Source of the DNA: Parvularia atlantis | Lineage: Eukaryota | Assembly (NCBI GenBank): GCA_943704415.1 | Contig: CALSCO010000263.1 | Coordinates: 1 to 46,033 of the forward strand | Direction of reading: 5' to 3' | Length of the DNA: 46,033 bases | In this document: piece after piece, positions 1 to 10,594 of the stretch | Position numbering within the stretch: the first letter of the stretch is position 1 | Layout: each line of letters starts with the position of its first letter | Notes under the pieces: generated by a model | Database searches by the model: none | The model's input: only the letters and a program-made list of their open reading frames with translations | Told to the model about the DNA's origin: nothing | Translations under genes and position numbers: made by a program

Positions 1-93
1 AGGGACGTCAACGCTGCGCGCAACATCGCCTACCTGTGGAAGTGCTACATGGCCGGCCTTGAGCGACCCGCCGCCTTCCGCCGTGGCAAGTAA
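1..93 (+). CDS. C-terminal end (5' partial) of a Fanzor/TnpB-family RNA-guided endonuclease, probably Fanzor1
   Basis: Frame 1 reads RDVNAARNIAYLWKCYMAGLERPAAFRRGK-TAA. RDxNAAxNI is the RuvC-III motif of TnpB/Fanzor, and the following G-x-x-RP-x-x-F-x-R tail is typical of Fanzor1 C-termini. Missed by the ORF track because it has no start codon and is short. Confidence 0.8.
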   Translation, partial: RDVNAARNIAYLWKCYMAGLERPAAFRRGK

Positions 94-355
94 GGTCTGT
101 CTGGCGCGCCGGCATGCCCGGCGATCGCGCGCTGACCATTCGTGCCGGCAGCCTTCCCTCACTCACTAGATCACCGGCAAGGAACACATTGCACACCGTG
201 TCCGACCCGGATCGGGCTCTGAACCAGGGCTTATACCCCGAAGCAATGGTGCGCTCCTTTTGAAACACGGACAGGTACTGACTCCTTTCCTGTGGGTGTT
301 GAATGAACGTGAATGAACTGAATGTTGTTTCTCATCCATTTTGCACTCAGGGGTA
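1..355 (+). mobile_element. Right end of a Fanzor-carrying DNA transposon, containing the candidate omegaRNA region
   Basis: Lower GC than the host genes. Hairpins at 107-115/141-149, 200-205/212-217, 196-201/265-270 and 271-275/289-293. Subterminal TGAATGAAC direct repeats at 300-324. Ends ...CACTCAGGGG followed by TATA (354-357), then the 3' flank of the convergent sHSP gene. The exact boundary is inferred. Confidence 0.55.
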
Positions 356-401
356 TATAGAAAAAGACGTGTCCCGTACACAAACATGCATGCTCAGCAC
401 C

Positions 402-1921
402 TCACGTGCGGCGGTTCTCCGTGGCGGCGTACGGCGCCGCGCCCTGCTGGTTCGTCAGCGCGCCCTGGTGGCCAAAGCCGCCGAGACCCTGCTGGCCGAT
501 GATGCCCTGCTGGCCGAGTGCACCCTGCTGGCCGAGCGCGCCCTGCTGGCCGAGCGCGCCCTGGTTGTAGATGCCCTGCTGACCCGTCATGCCCTGCTGG
601 CCCATCATGACCTGCGTGCCGAGCGAGCCCTGGCCGAGCGTGCTCGACTGGCCGCCGAGGCCCTGCTGGAGACTCTGCTGGCCGATCACGCCCTGCTGGA
701 GACTCTGCTGGCCGATCACGCCCTGCTGGCCCTGCTGCACGACGAAGCCCTGCTGGCCCTGGCCCTGGCCGAGGACGATCGGCTGGCTCGGCAGCACGGC
801 CTGGTACGTCGTCACGGCCTGCATCGTCGTCCGCGGCTCGTACGTCGTCTTGGCCTCGTACGTGGTCTTGGGCTGGTAGATCGTCTTGGGCTGGTACGTC
901 AGCTGCTGCTGGTACGTCGTCACGGGCTGAACGGGCACGGTCACGGTGGCCATGAGCTGCGGCGGCGGCGCCTGCTTGAGCGGGAGGTAGATCGTGAGAA
1001 GGCCGTTGCAGTAGTCGGTCTTGATACCCTCGAGCATGACGTTCTCTACGCGCGCGCACGCTCTTGTCGGCCACGCGCTTCACGGGGTGTGCAGCACGCA
1101 CCAGGCAGCACAAACTCGCGTGAGAAGTGGCCGATGTAGCGCTCGTGGATCACGGCCCTGTGCGCGCGGCATGTCAGCCGCCGTGCCGAGGCGACACCGC
1201 GCACGCACTTCTCGTTGCGGTTGCGGTAGTCGGGCGCAAAGCCTGCGCAGCGCGGGGCGTCAGCAGCAAGCAGCATTTCATGCGGGCGGGCCGCGACGCA
1301 CCGTAGATGTGCAGGTTGTGCTCCTTGAGGTCGATGCGAATGCCGTCCTTAGGGACGCCGGCGAGCTCGATGAAGATCGTGTGGGCCTACGTGCCTGCTC
1401 AGCGGCCGTGCGAGCGAGCAAGCGCACACACGAGTGCGCACCTGCATACCCTCGACGACGTCGCACTTGGGCCGGAAGTAAATGTGGTCGGCCGGGTTGC
1501 GATCCTTGCCGTGCAGCTGCACCATCGGCGTCGACGACTTCTGGTACTCGAAGCCCTTGGAGTAGCCCGCGACGGAGGTGGTCGTCTGCGCGGGAAGCAT
1601 CGTGCCGGCCGTCGCCGCGGGCACGGCCGCGTACTGCGCCGGGCCGACTTGCGCAGGCACGTAGGTGACGGGGCTGGTGTTGTTGCGGTAGGCCGACGCC
1701 GCGCCGCCGCTCGTGATCATCGCGCCGCTCATCGCGCTCGTCGTCGCCACCGCGCCCGGATCGCGCGTCTTGCTGAGCTCGACCGACGACTCGGACGACG
1801 ACGGCGAAACGTCGCGCTGCTTGTACACGCCCTCCTTCTCGAGCGCGCGGGTGTGCGTGGACGTGCCCTCCATGCCCGGCTCGCGCTCCTTGTTGAACAT
1901 CTTGTCCCAGACGTGCGGCAT
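402..1921 (-). CDS. Small heat-shock (alpha-crystallin/HSP20) protein with long N-terminal extension and Gln/Gly-rich repeat tail; 5 exons
   Basis: Spliced: ...YFRPKCDVVEGMQ|AHTIFIELAGVPKDGIRIDLKEHNLHIY|GFAPDYRNRNEK|AVIHERYIGHFSREFVLP|ENVMLEGIKTDYCNGLLTIYLP, matching the ACD motifs (ERxxGxFxRxFxLP, NGLLTI). Four GTGCG...AG introns. Confidence 0.88.
480..925 (-). repeat. Coding tandem repeats: 18-bp GQQGxx units, a perfect 30-bp duplication (661-720) and TTYxPK hexapeptide repeats
   Basis: CCCTGCTGGCC recurs with 18-nt periodicity. 661-690 is identical to 691-720. Peptide QPVTTYQQQLTYQPKTIYQPKTTYEAKTTYEPRTT. Confidence 0.9.
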
Positions 1922-2475
1922 GGCTGCTGGTGCGGCGAGTTAAAGGAGGGTGAAGGCGAAGACGCTGACGCTGACTGGGCGCGCGGATGGGGTGTTAGCA
2001 TCGGCAGCGACAAACGCGAAAGGGGGGCAGCAGCGAGGCAGCCCCCGTGCACGTCCGCCGAGCGCGCAGAGAGCTGAGCGAGCGCGACGACGCGGGCTGC
2101 GAGCGCGCACGCACGCGCACAGACTGCCACTGGGGAAGACGGAAAGTGGCGGGGGCCCGACGCCGTCTGCGTTTTAGTACGGAGCCGTTGTAGCGCGTCG
2201 GAGTGTCCACGGTGATCGAGCCGAGTCGTCAGCGCGCCGTCATCCGCCTCGGTCGCGCACGCTGCGGGGCGCGACAGTCAGTCCCACCCGCACCCGTGCG
2301 CGCGTCATTGCGCGGTCGTGCTCCAGCGCCGGGCCCTGGAGCGCCGCGCGCGCTCCCACTGCTCGCGTTGATGCACCTTGCACATGTGAGCCGAAAGGGA
2401 AAAGATGGGCACACGGCGAGGGGGGCGGACGAGCCGCGCTAGACGGGAGGGCGGGCATGGAGGGTCACCTCACGC

Positions 2476-4496
2476 TCACAGCTCGAGCAGGCTGTTCGCG
2501 CGCCGGTGGCGGATGATGTCGGCGATGGTGATCATCTTAAAGCCGTGGTGCCGAGAGAACGCGCGCAGGTAGTCGCGGCGCGCCATGGTGCCGTCGTCGA
2601 GTGCGATCTCACACAGCACGCCGCACGGGTACACCTTGGCCATCTTGCAAAGGTCTTCGCCGGCGCAACGGGGTCAGCCTCGTGCACCCCCCCCTTGTAT
2701 CACCCGGAGAGCGCGCACCGATGGTCGCCTCGGTGTGCCCCATGCGCGTGAGCGTTCCACCGTTCGCGTATCGCAGCGGGAACATGTGGCCCGGACGTGC
2801 AAAGTCCTGCGCGCGCGTCAGCACGCGTGCGCGCGCGAGTGGTGACGCGACCATGCACCTGCGGCTTGACGTTCGGGTCGGTCACGGCGCGCGCGGTGGC
2901 GGCACGGTCGGCGGCCGAGATACCCGTCGTCGTGCCTGGCCAGTCACGCTCAGTCGCACACCAGGCCGCACGCACGCGCGCACGCACCGTGCTTGTAGTC
3001 GATCGAGACCGTGAACGCCGTCTGGAACGTCTCATCGTTGGCGGTGACCATGAGCGGCAGCTGGAGCTCCTCGAGCCGACCCGGCAAAACCGACATGCAG
3101 ATCAGCCCGCTGCAGAAGCGGATCATGAACGCCATCTTCTCGGCCGTCATGAACTCAGCCGCGATGATTAGATCGCCCTCGTTCTCGCGGTCCTCATTGT
3201 CCACAACGACCACAAACTTGCCCGCGGCTGCGACTCCCGTCACACAACATGCCTGCAGCAGGCCGCGTGCGCGCACCGATGTCGGCGAGCGCGTCCTCGA
3301 CCGTGTCAAACTCGCAGCTGTCCGACCGCTCAGCCTCCTGCGGCACGTCTGCGGGCGCCTTGCTGGAGCTCTTGTGTGCGCTGCACGCCTGCTATCAGCG
3401 ACACATAGGAGAGTCCGGCGCATGAGCGCGCACGCACCCAGCCTCAGCACCGTGCGTGTGCGTCGCCGGGTTGACCGTGAACACGCGCTCGGCGAGCGCC
3501 TGCTTCGTGTACTCGAGCCGGCCGTTCACAAGGACACCGCACACGTCGCTGTCCTGCACGCGCATGAGCACGTCGCGCAGGTCTGGTGTGCGTGCGGGCC
3601 AGGTCAGCAACAGAGCAAGGAGCGCTGCGCAGACGCACCGTAGTCGTCGAGCGCGGCCCACGTGTCGTCGGCGTAGATCACGACCAGGTCGCCTGGCCTC
3701 GTCGCACTCGCGGCAGCGAGCGCGGCCTGTTCATCAAGCCGTCTGGAGTGTGCACACGCGGTCAGCCTCGGGGTGCGCACGAACGGGTGTGCACATACCC
3801 GGCCACCAGCAGCGCCCGCAGCTCGTCCCACACGCTCGGCGAGGCCTTGGCCGTGCTGCCGGTGCCAATCAGGCCTGCTGCTGTTGCTGCTGTGCCGTGC
3901 GCGTGATCAGCAACGCCCACGCAGCAGCAGCAGCGCGCACCGGCAGCCGCGCGATCGGCGCGCAAGCACACGACGTCGGCCGGGCGCTTGTTGACGGCGC
4001 GCACGACGACTGCAGGGACCACGCCCGCCACCTCGCCCTCCACCTCGGCCGCCGACAGCGCGGGCGCATCCACGTGCACCTCCGTCACGCCGGCGCGCAG
4101 GCTCGCGGCTAGCAGCGCGCGCAGTGCGACGGCCGACGCGCGGTGCTGCACGAGGCGGCGCCGTTCGTCAGCGGGCACGCACGGGACGCGCCGTGCGCCG
4201 CGCACCGCGTCGTGCTGGCCGTGGCCATTGACCACGCCCGCCGCGGCCGTCGGCGCCGACGCGCCGCCCGACGACGGCGGCACGTGCAGGTACGCGTTGC
4301 GCAGCGCCGGGAGGACGACGAGGCGCCCCTCGCCGCGCACCTCGAGCAGCGGCGCGCCCTCGTCACGACCGTCGCGGCCGTCAGCAGCAGCACGCCACAC
4401 GACGTGCCCGTCCGCGCCCACGACGACGGCGCCGCGCACGAGCCCCGCGCCCGCCGGGAAGAAGAAGACGTCGCGCAGCAGCAGCGCGGCGGCCAT
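2476..4496 (-). CDS. RIB3: 3,4-dihydroxy-2-butanone-4-phosphate synthase (RIB3/RibB) fused at its N-terminus to a degenerate amidohydrolase-like domain
   Basis: C-terminal part [30 protein letters not shown]...[24 protein letters not shown]...[12 protein letters not shown]...[15 protein letters not shown]...GVLCEI...DDGTMARRD is canonical RIB3. N-terminal part has [18 protein letters not shown] and RPGDLVVI...[12 protein letters not shown]. Removing GT-AG introns keeps one frame from ATG 4496 (alternative 4514) to TGA 2476. Confidence 0.85.
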
Positions 4497-4520
4497 GTGG
4501 CGCTCGGCGGTCATGCAAAG

Positions 4521-4647
4521 GTCACGTGGGGTGACGTCACGCGTTTCATCCACCCTGGTTGCCGAGGACGCGCCCGCCGTGGAAGGGCCGCGAACGTTCC
4601 CGCGGGTCACGGCGGCGTCAGCCGCGCGCGGCGGGCGCCGTATAAGA
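4521..4647 (+). promoter_or_regulatory. Divergent promoter: heat-shock element and TATA box for HSP20, plus CRE and E-box palindromes
   Basis: gGAAg-N5-cGAAc-gTTCc (4581-4600, gap-type HSE). TATAAG at 4641-4646, ~115 nt upstream of the HSP20 ATG. GTGACGTCAC at 4531-4540. CACGTG at 4523-4528. Confidence 0.65.
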
Positions 4648-4758
4648 GCGCGGCCCTGTGGCGTGCGGCCGGCCCGATTCCTCCTCGCGTCCGCGAAGCA
4701 CACACCGAGACGAACCGCAGCCACGCCGCCCATCCTCGAAGGCACCGGCACCGCTAGC

Positions 4759-5348
4759 ATGGCCCTCGCCCCGCGCCGCCTCGCGTCGCTCTTTGACGAC
4801 TTTTTCGGTGTGTCGCCGTGCGCGCGTCGTGCTCAGTTGGGGGGTGGCGTGCTGACACCCGGTGGCGTTCGACCGCGAGCACGCGCAGAGCCCCGCATGT
4901 TTTCGCTCATGCCGCGCGCCGACAACGACGTCGCGAGCGCGATGATGCAGTGGCGCCCCTCGTGCGACGTGCGCGAGACCGATAACGCGTACCTCATCCA
5001 CGCCGAGATCCCCGGCGCCCAGAAGGAGGACGTCAAGGTCGAGCTCGAGGGCCAGCGCCTCAAGATCTCGGGCTCGGTCAAGGAGGAGAAGAAGACCGAG
5101 AACGACCGCTACCACTCGCAGGAGCGCTCCTTCGGCAAGTTCATGCGCGTCTTCTCGCTGCCGCAGAACGCGCAGGTGGACCAGATCTCGGCCAAGCACG
5201 AGAACGGCGTGCTCGAGCTGACCATCCCGAAGCAGCCGATGGAGGTGCGTCTGACCGTGGTTTGCTTTGGCGGCTGACCCGCGTGCACGGCTCGCGTGCA
5301 TCGCCGCGCCCGCAGCAGACCAAGGCGCGCCAGATCAAGGTCCAGTGA
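4759..5348 (+). CDS. Small heat-shock protein HSP20; 3 exons
   Basis: MALAPRRLASLFDDFF|EPRMF...WRPSCDVRETDNAYLIHAEIPGAQKEDVKVEL...QERSFGKFMRVFSLP...AKHENGVLELTIPKQPME|TKARQIKVQ*, including the C-terminal IxV motif. Confidence 0.95.
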
Positions 5349-5881
5349 GACTGTGCGCATCCCATCCGCGGCGGCCCCCTCCCGACAAACTCCTGTCCTC
5401 GCTGCCCCTGCCGCCCCCCTCCGCCCCCGCTTTGCCTGGCGCCGCCGCCGCCCGCTGTGTCGCTCCGAAGTTAGTATATGTAGCCAGCACGTGTGTGCAT
5501 CCACTGTTATCGTTGCTTATAGGGACGGATCGTCACCGCGCGCCTCTCGCGCTGCCCGCCCCGCTGCCCTCTCGGCCACTGCGCGCGCACCGCGGGCCGA
5601 CACCGTGCGCGCCCCGTGTGTGACGCGCGCAGTCGTGCTGCCCGCAGTGCCGTCGTGGCCGATGCCGCCGCGCCGCGCGGTTCAGCCCTCGTTGTCGCGT
5701 CACTTTCCGCCCCCCCTGTGTCGTTCCCGTCTCGCGGCTCCCCCTTCGCCGTCGCGCTGCCGTGTCGCTGCCGTGTCGCTGCCGTCCGCGGTGTCCTCGT
5801 CGCTCACCTCCCTCGCGCAGGGCGCCCTTGCCGTCGGCGCATCCCGCCCCGTCCAGCCCGGTTCGATAAAGCGAGCACGCG

Positions 5882-8800
5882 ATGCCGCGGCGGCGCTACA
5901 AGGTCGTCGTCATGATCGGCTCGGGCGGCGGCGGGCACATGGCGACAGGACGCGCGCTGCGCGACGCGTGCAACGTGCGTCGCGGCCGCGGCCATCCCGC
6001 ACGCCGCGCACCACGTGCTGACGTCGGCACGCGGCGCATCCCGCGCAGGCCGCCAAGCTCCCGTTCGACTTCCAGATGCTCGACGTGTCGGAGATCCTCG
6101 GGCTGTCGGTGACGCTGGGCGACGGCGTGTACAACTGGCTGATGTCGTCCGGGCGAGCGCGGTGGATCCCGACCTGGCACAACTTTGGCAAGGTCCTCTC
6201 GAGCATGAACGAGCGCTCGCTCACCGAGGCCTTCCGCGTGTACCTGGCCAAGCTCGAGTTCGACATGCTCATCTCGTGCATCCCCTTCGTCAACAACCAC
6301 ATTGCCGAGTCCATCTCCACGTGCGTCGCGCCGGGTGATCGCTCCCGTGCGCGCGGCCCCGCTCACGCACGCCATTGCGTAGCTTCAAGCCCGCGCGGCC
6401 CATGGTCACGCTCCTGTCCGACTTTGAGAACACGTCCGACCACCCGTGGATGCAGGTGCGCCGCCACTGGTCCGTGCCGCCCGCGTGCTCACGCCGCGCC
6501 GCTGCCAGGACCACCGCCAGATCCTCATCTGCGGCACGCAGAACGCGATCAGGCAAGCCGAGGTGCGTGCGCGCTCATGCCGCGTGTGCTGCGTGTGCCG
6601 CTGCTGCTGCTCACGCTCCGCGCACGCCGAGGCCCTCGGCCACCCGACCAACTGCATCTACGGCACGTCGGGCATGATCGTCCACCCGTCGTTCTACGAG
6701 GTCCCGTTCAAGGATAGGGTGCGCGTGATGCCGGAGCCGCGAGCGCGGTGCACTCAACCGGCGCGCTCGCAGAGTGAAGAGCGCATCAAGCTCGGCCTGC
6801 ACCCGGAGTGGCGCACCGTCTGCGTGCTCTTCGGTGGCTTCGCACCCGTGTTTCTCCCGCAGGTCGTCCAGATCCTGTTTGGCATCGATGTGCGTGCGCC
6901 GATGCGCTCGCCTGGCGGGGTGCTGACTGCGCCGCGTCGTGCGCAGGAGCCGCTTAACCTGATCCTCATGTGCGGCAAGAACAAGGACGCGATCCAGGAC
7001 TCGCTCAAGCCGTTCCTGCAGCCGGCCTACGTGCGCCCCAGCGGGCCAGCGAGTGACGCCGCTGCGGTGACGACGGCGAACGGCACACCGGCCGACCCTG
7101 CGCCCAACGGTGCTGCGCACGCCGACGGCAGCACCGCACCCACCGATCCGGGAACTACGGTGCGGTGTACTGCAGGTGTTGCGGATTGACGCTGACGCGG
7201 CGGCCAGACCAACGGCATGCACGACGACGCGGCTGCACCGACCGACGCGAACGGAAGCACGGCCTCGCTGTCACAGCCGACGGCGACCGACGCGATGACG
7301 TATCCGCACGCGCCGCACGCGCCCAACGGCAAGGAGCAGCACAACTACGTCGCGCTTATCGGCTTCACAGACCAGGTCGCCTACTACATGCGCCTGAGTG
7401 ACGTCCTCGTGGGCAAGCCGGGCCCCGGCGTCGTGTCGGAGGGTGCGCGCCGGTCTGTGTGCGCTCGCTGCTGCTCACGCCCGCCGCGGCGCAGCCCTCG
7501 TATCGGGCCTGCCCGTCATTGTCGAGCTCAACGAGGAGCACACGCCGCCGCAGGAGCAGGCCGTCGCGCGGTGGATCAACGAGCACAGCGTGGGCGTGGT
7601 CATCGAGAGGTCCGTCCGTGTGTGTGCTTGATGCTCCGTGCGTGCTGATGCGTACGCGCGCCTGCAGCTTCCAGGACCTGCCGTACGCGATCACGCAGGA
7701 GCGCATGGCAGCGTGCAAGATCAACGTAGACAAGATCAAGAACAATGCCGTGTTTGAGGTGCGCGCCGGCGCAGTGCGGTCGCAGCCGCGCTCAGTCGTC
7801 GCTGCAGGTGCCGCACATCCTCGCGGGCGTGATGAAGGACACCGAGCGCCGACACAAACGCATCCTCTCTGCGACCAGCCCGCAGGATATGCACATCATG
7901 ATCGCGCAGGGTGCGTCGACGCGCCGTTTGCCGCCGATCGCTAACGTCCCCGGCAGCGCCCGCGACGCAGCAGTCGGGCGGCAGCACCACGCCGACGGGC
8001 CACTCGCCGCTGTTGAGCGCGCCCGGCTCGCTGATTACGACGACGCTCAACGACCAGGCCGACGGGTGCGCGAGCGCAGCCCTTCCTCCGCTCAAATGTC
8101 TGACGCGCTGCGTTCGCGTGCAGCTCACGCGACCGCACCGAGTCGATCAACTCGGGCTCGTCGACCAACGCCGTAATAAACATGCGCGGTGTGCCGCCGC
8201 TGCGTGGCTGGGTGGGCGACTGGCTGACTGCGGCGCTGCGCGCCAGCGGACGACGGATCGTCGGACAACAACTCAGGCGTCGTGACGACCGAGCCGTCGA
8301 CGGTCACAACGGTCACGGTCGTGCAGCGCATCGACTCGCTCTCGGTCAACTCGCCCTCGTACTCGGGTGTGCCCGCCTGCTCGAGCATGTATGTGCCCAG
8401 CTAATGCCGCCTGCAGACGCCATCAACGACTTCCAGGAGCCGCTGCGGCTGGATGAGGAGCACGTGCCCGAGTTCCGCATGCTCATCAACGCGTCGGGGT
8501 GCCGTGCCGCCCGCATCGGCAGCGTGCGACGTGCTGATCGCGTGCTCTCAGCCGCTGGGGCCACGACGTGATCAAGTTTGGCGTGTCAAAGTTCCACGAC
8601 CCCGAGTCGTTTGAGATCACACTGTCGTCGGGCTACTACGTGACGTGGGTCAAGGTGCGCCGCTCTGGCTTGTGCACGCGCTTGGCCATGCGCTGATCGG
8701 CCCCGCGCCCCTCCATCGCAGGAGCTTGTGATCGTCAGCGGCTCGAAGGAGAAAGCGCGCCTCGTGACCAAGAACGAGGACCATGGCCCCAAGACGGTCG

Positions 8801-9036
8801 TGTTCCGGGTGCGTGGCTGCCCATGCGTGCGCGTACGAGTGACGGCGCTGAGCGGGGCCCTGCAGCGCGACGAATTCCCCGGCGGCACGCTGCGGCTCAA
8901 CTTTGCCAAGGCGGGCTTCCTCGGGGTGAAGACGCACTCGTACACGCGCTACCTCGACGTGCACTGGTGCTGCGGCCGAGTGATTCACTTCATCTGGACA
9001 CGGGAGAAGTTCTCGAGCAACCAGCGAGACGGGTAA
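5882..9036 (+). CDS. GT28 / MGDG-synthase-like diacylglycerol glycosyltransferase with a Ser/Thr linker and an uncharacterised C-terminal domain; multi-exon
   Basis: KVVVMIGSGGGGHMATGRALRDA, GMIVHPSFY, LFGGFAP, MCGKN, IGFTDQVAYYMRLSDVLVGKPGPGVVSEALVSGLPVIV and PQEQAVARWI. Frame stays open through successive introns to TAA 9036. Confidence 0.82.
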
Positions 9037-9137
9037 CGCACGGCACCTCCTCGTTCGTCCCCCATCTCCCCGTCTCCTTCCCCGCGCGGTTGTGCCGATA
9101 GTGCGTCGTATGACAGAACAAGAAGAGGGGCGCCGAG

Positions 9138-10228
9138 TCACGGGAACGCGCCCGAACTGAAGATGGGGTGCGCGTCGACCAACGTGCGGCGCGCCCGCTC
9201 CTGCAGCAGGCTCGGGTGCGACGGCGCAAACAGCACGTCCGACGTCGGGCTGAGCGTGCGCGGCGACGGGGAGGCGGTGGCCGGGCAGCTGCCGTGCACC
9301 GGCGAGGTCGGCAGCCCGGGCGGGCTCGCGCGGCTGGCGTTGCTGCCGCTGCCGACTAGCGGGAAGGCGCGACTGCGAGTGCTCGACATGAGTGGGTGGG
9401 TGCGCATAGGCGCCACGCACATGTTGCCGAAGTCGACGAGCGAGGGCGTGGCGCCGCCCGCGGGCACGTCCCACGAAAACGGCTCGTGGGTGCCGGCGGC
9501 CACGGGCGGCCGCGCGAGGATCTGGACGGCGGCCGCAGGCGGCGGCGTGGACGAGGCGCTGCGCCGGCACCGTGCCTTGTTGCGGCCGGCGTGGGCGGGC
9601 GAGGCGAGCAGCTTGGACGCGCGCAGCAGCGTGGCGACTGCAGGGCGCGGGCAGATCAGCGCTCCTAGATCGGCGGCGAATGTCCGCCGCACCGCCGCCG
9701 CGATCGCTGCCGTCGAGCGCGGGCGGGCGGGCGGCCTTGGCGCCCTCGCGCCGCCGCCGATGCGGCCGCGCCCCGCTTGTCCCGTGCGCCGACCGCGCGC
9801 ACGGCAGCGCGTCCATCTTCCCGGCCCCGTCGTCGTCGTCGTCATCGTCGTCGTCGTCGCTGACTGTGAGAGGGGCGAAGCTGCCGCGGACGGGCGTGAG
9901 GCCACTCAAAGCCCAGCAACGGGGTGAGGAAAAGGCGGGCAGCGCACCCGAGCGGCAGCGTCGGCGTGAGCAGCCGCGGCGTTGCGTCGTCGTCGTCGTC
10001 GCTGCCCGGCCGCGGGGCGCGCGCGCGGGCGCGGGGCAGCAGCGGCGGCGCGTGGAGCGCAGCGCAGCCGATGAGCAGCTGGGCGGCCGTGAGGCGGCTG
10101 TTCTGGTTGTTGGTTGACGACGGCGCGGCCGAGGACGACGAGCCCGATGACGAGCTCGACGAGTGCGACGCCGTGGACGACGCCGAGAGTGACGAGGGCG
10201 AGCGCGGGTCGTAGTGCGTGAGCACCAT
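9138..10228 (-). CDS. Hypothetical Ser/Pro/Asp-rich disordered protein; internal exon structure uncertain
   Basis: ATG 10228 with poly-Ser. Intron 9881-9947 joins to FAPLTVSDDDDDDDDDD. In-frame intron near 9372-9419. Ends ...HPIFSSGAFP-TGA. One frame change could not be resolved. Confidence 0.5.
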
Positions 10229-10594
10229 TGGCCTATATCTCGCCGTCCTGACAACAAGTGGAAATTGTCCTGTTGTGCGCCGCGTTGTGCGCCGCGTTGC
10301 GCGCCGCGTAGGCAGGTGGGCTCAAAAGAAGGGGGGGGCGGGAAGCGGTGACGCACACGGCAACAGGAAAATTAGGGCAAATGTCGCCGCGGCAACGGCG
10401 ACCGGCGCGACCGTCGTCACCGGGTGAATCACCGGACGAAATCATTCGCGCGGCAACTATCACCGATGGAGCCCCCGCTCCCCAGATCAGACCGGGCGCC
10501 GTTGCCAGGCGCGATCGGGACGATCGGATCCGACATGTCTCGTGTTGGCCAGCGCTAGTGGTCAGTTGTGCGTCAAACGGCATCCAGCACCGCG

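Noticed and set aside
480..770. Regularly spaced CCCTGCTGGCC repeats resembling a CRISPR array
   Set aside because: Period is 18 or 30 nt, in frame within a CDS (GQQG repeats), with no unique spacers, no cas genes and a eukaryotic context.
2476..4760. FMN or TPP riboswitch associated with RIB3
   Set aside because: No conserved aptamer motifs are visible, and the introns are too short to hold one.
10272..10308. 12-bp triple repeat GTTGTGCGCCGC
   Set aside because: A short intergenic minisatellite with no further support for function.
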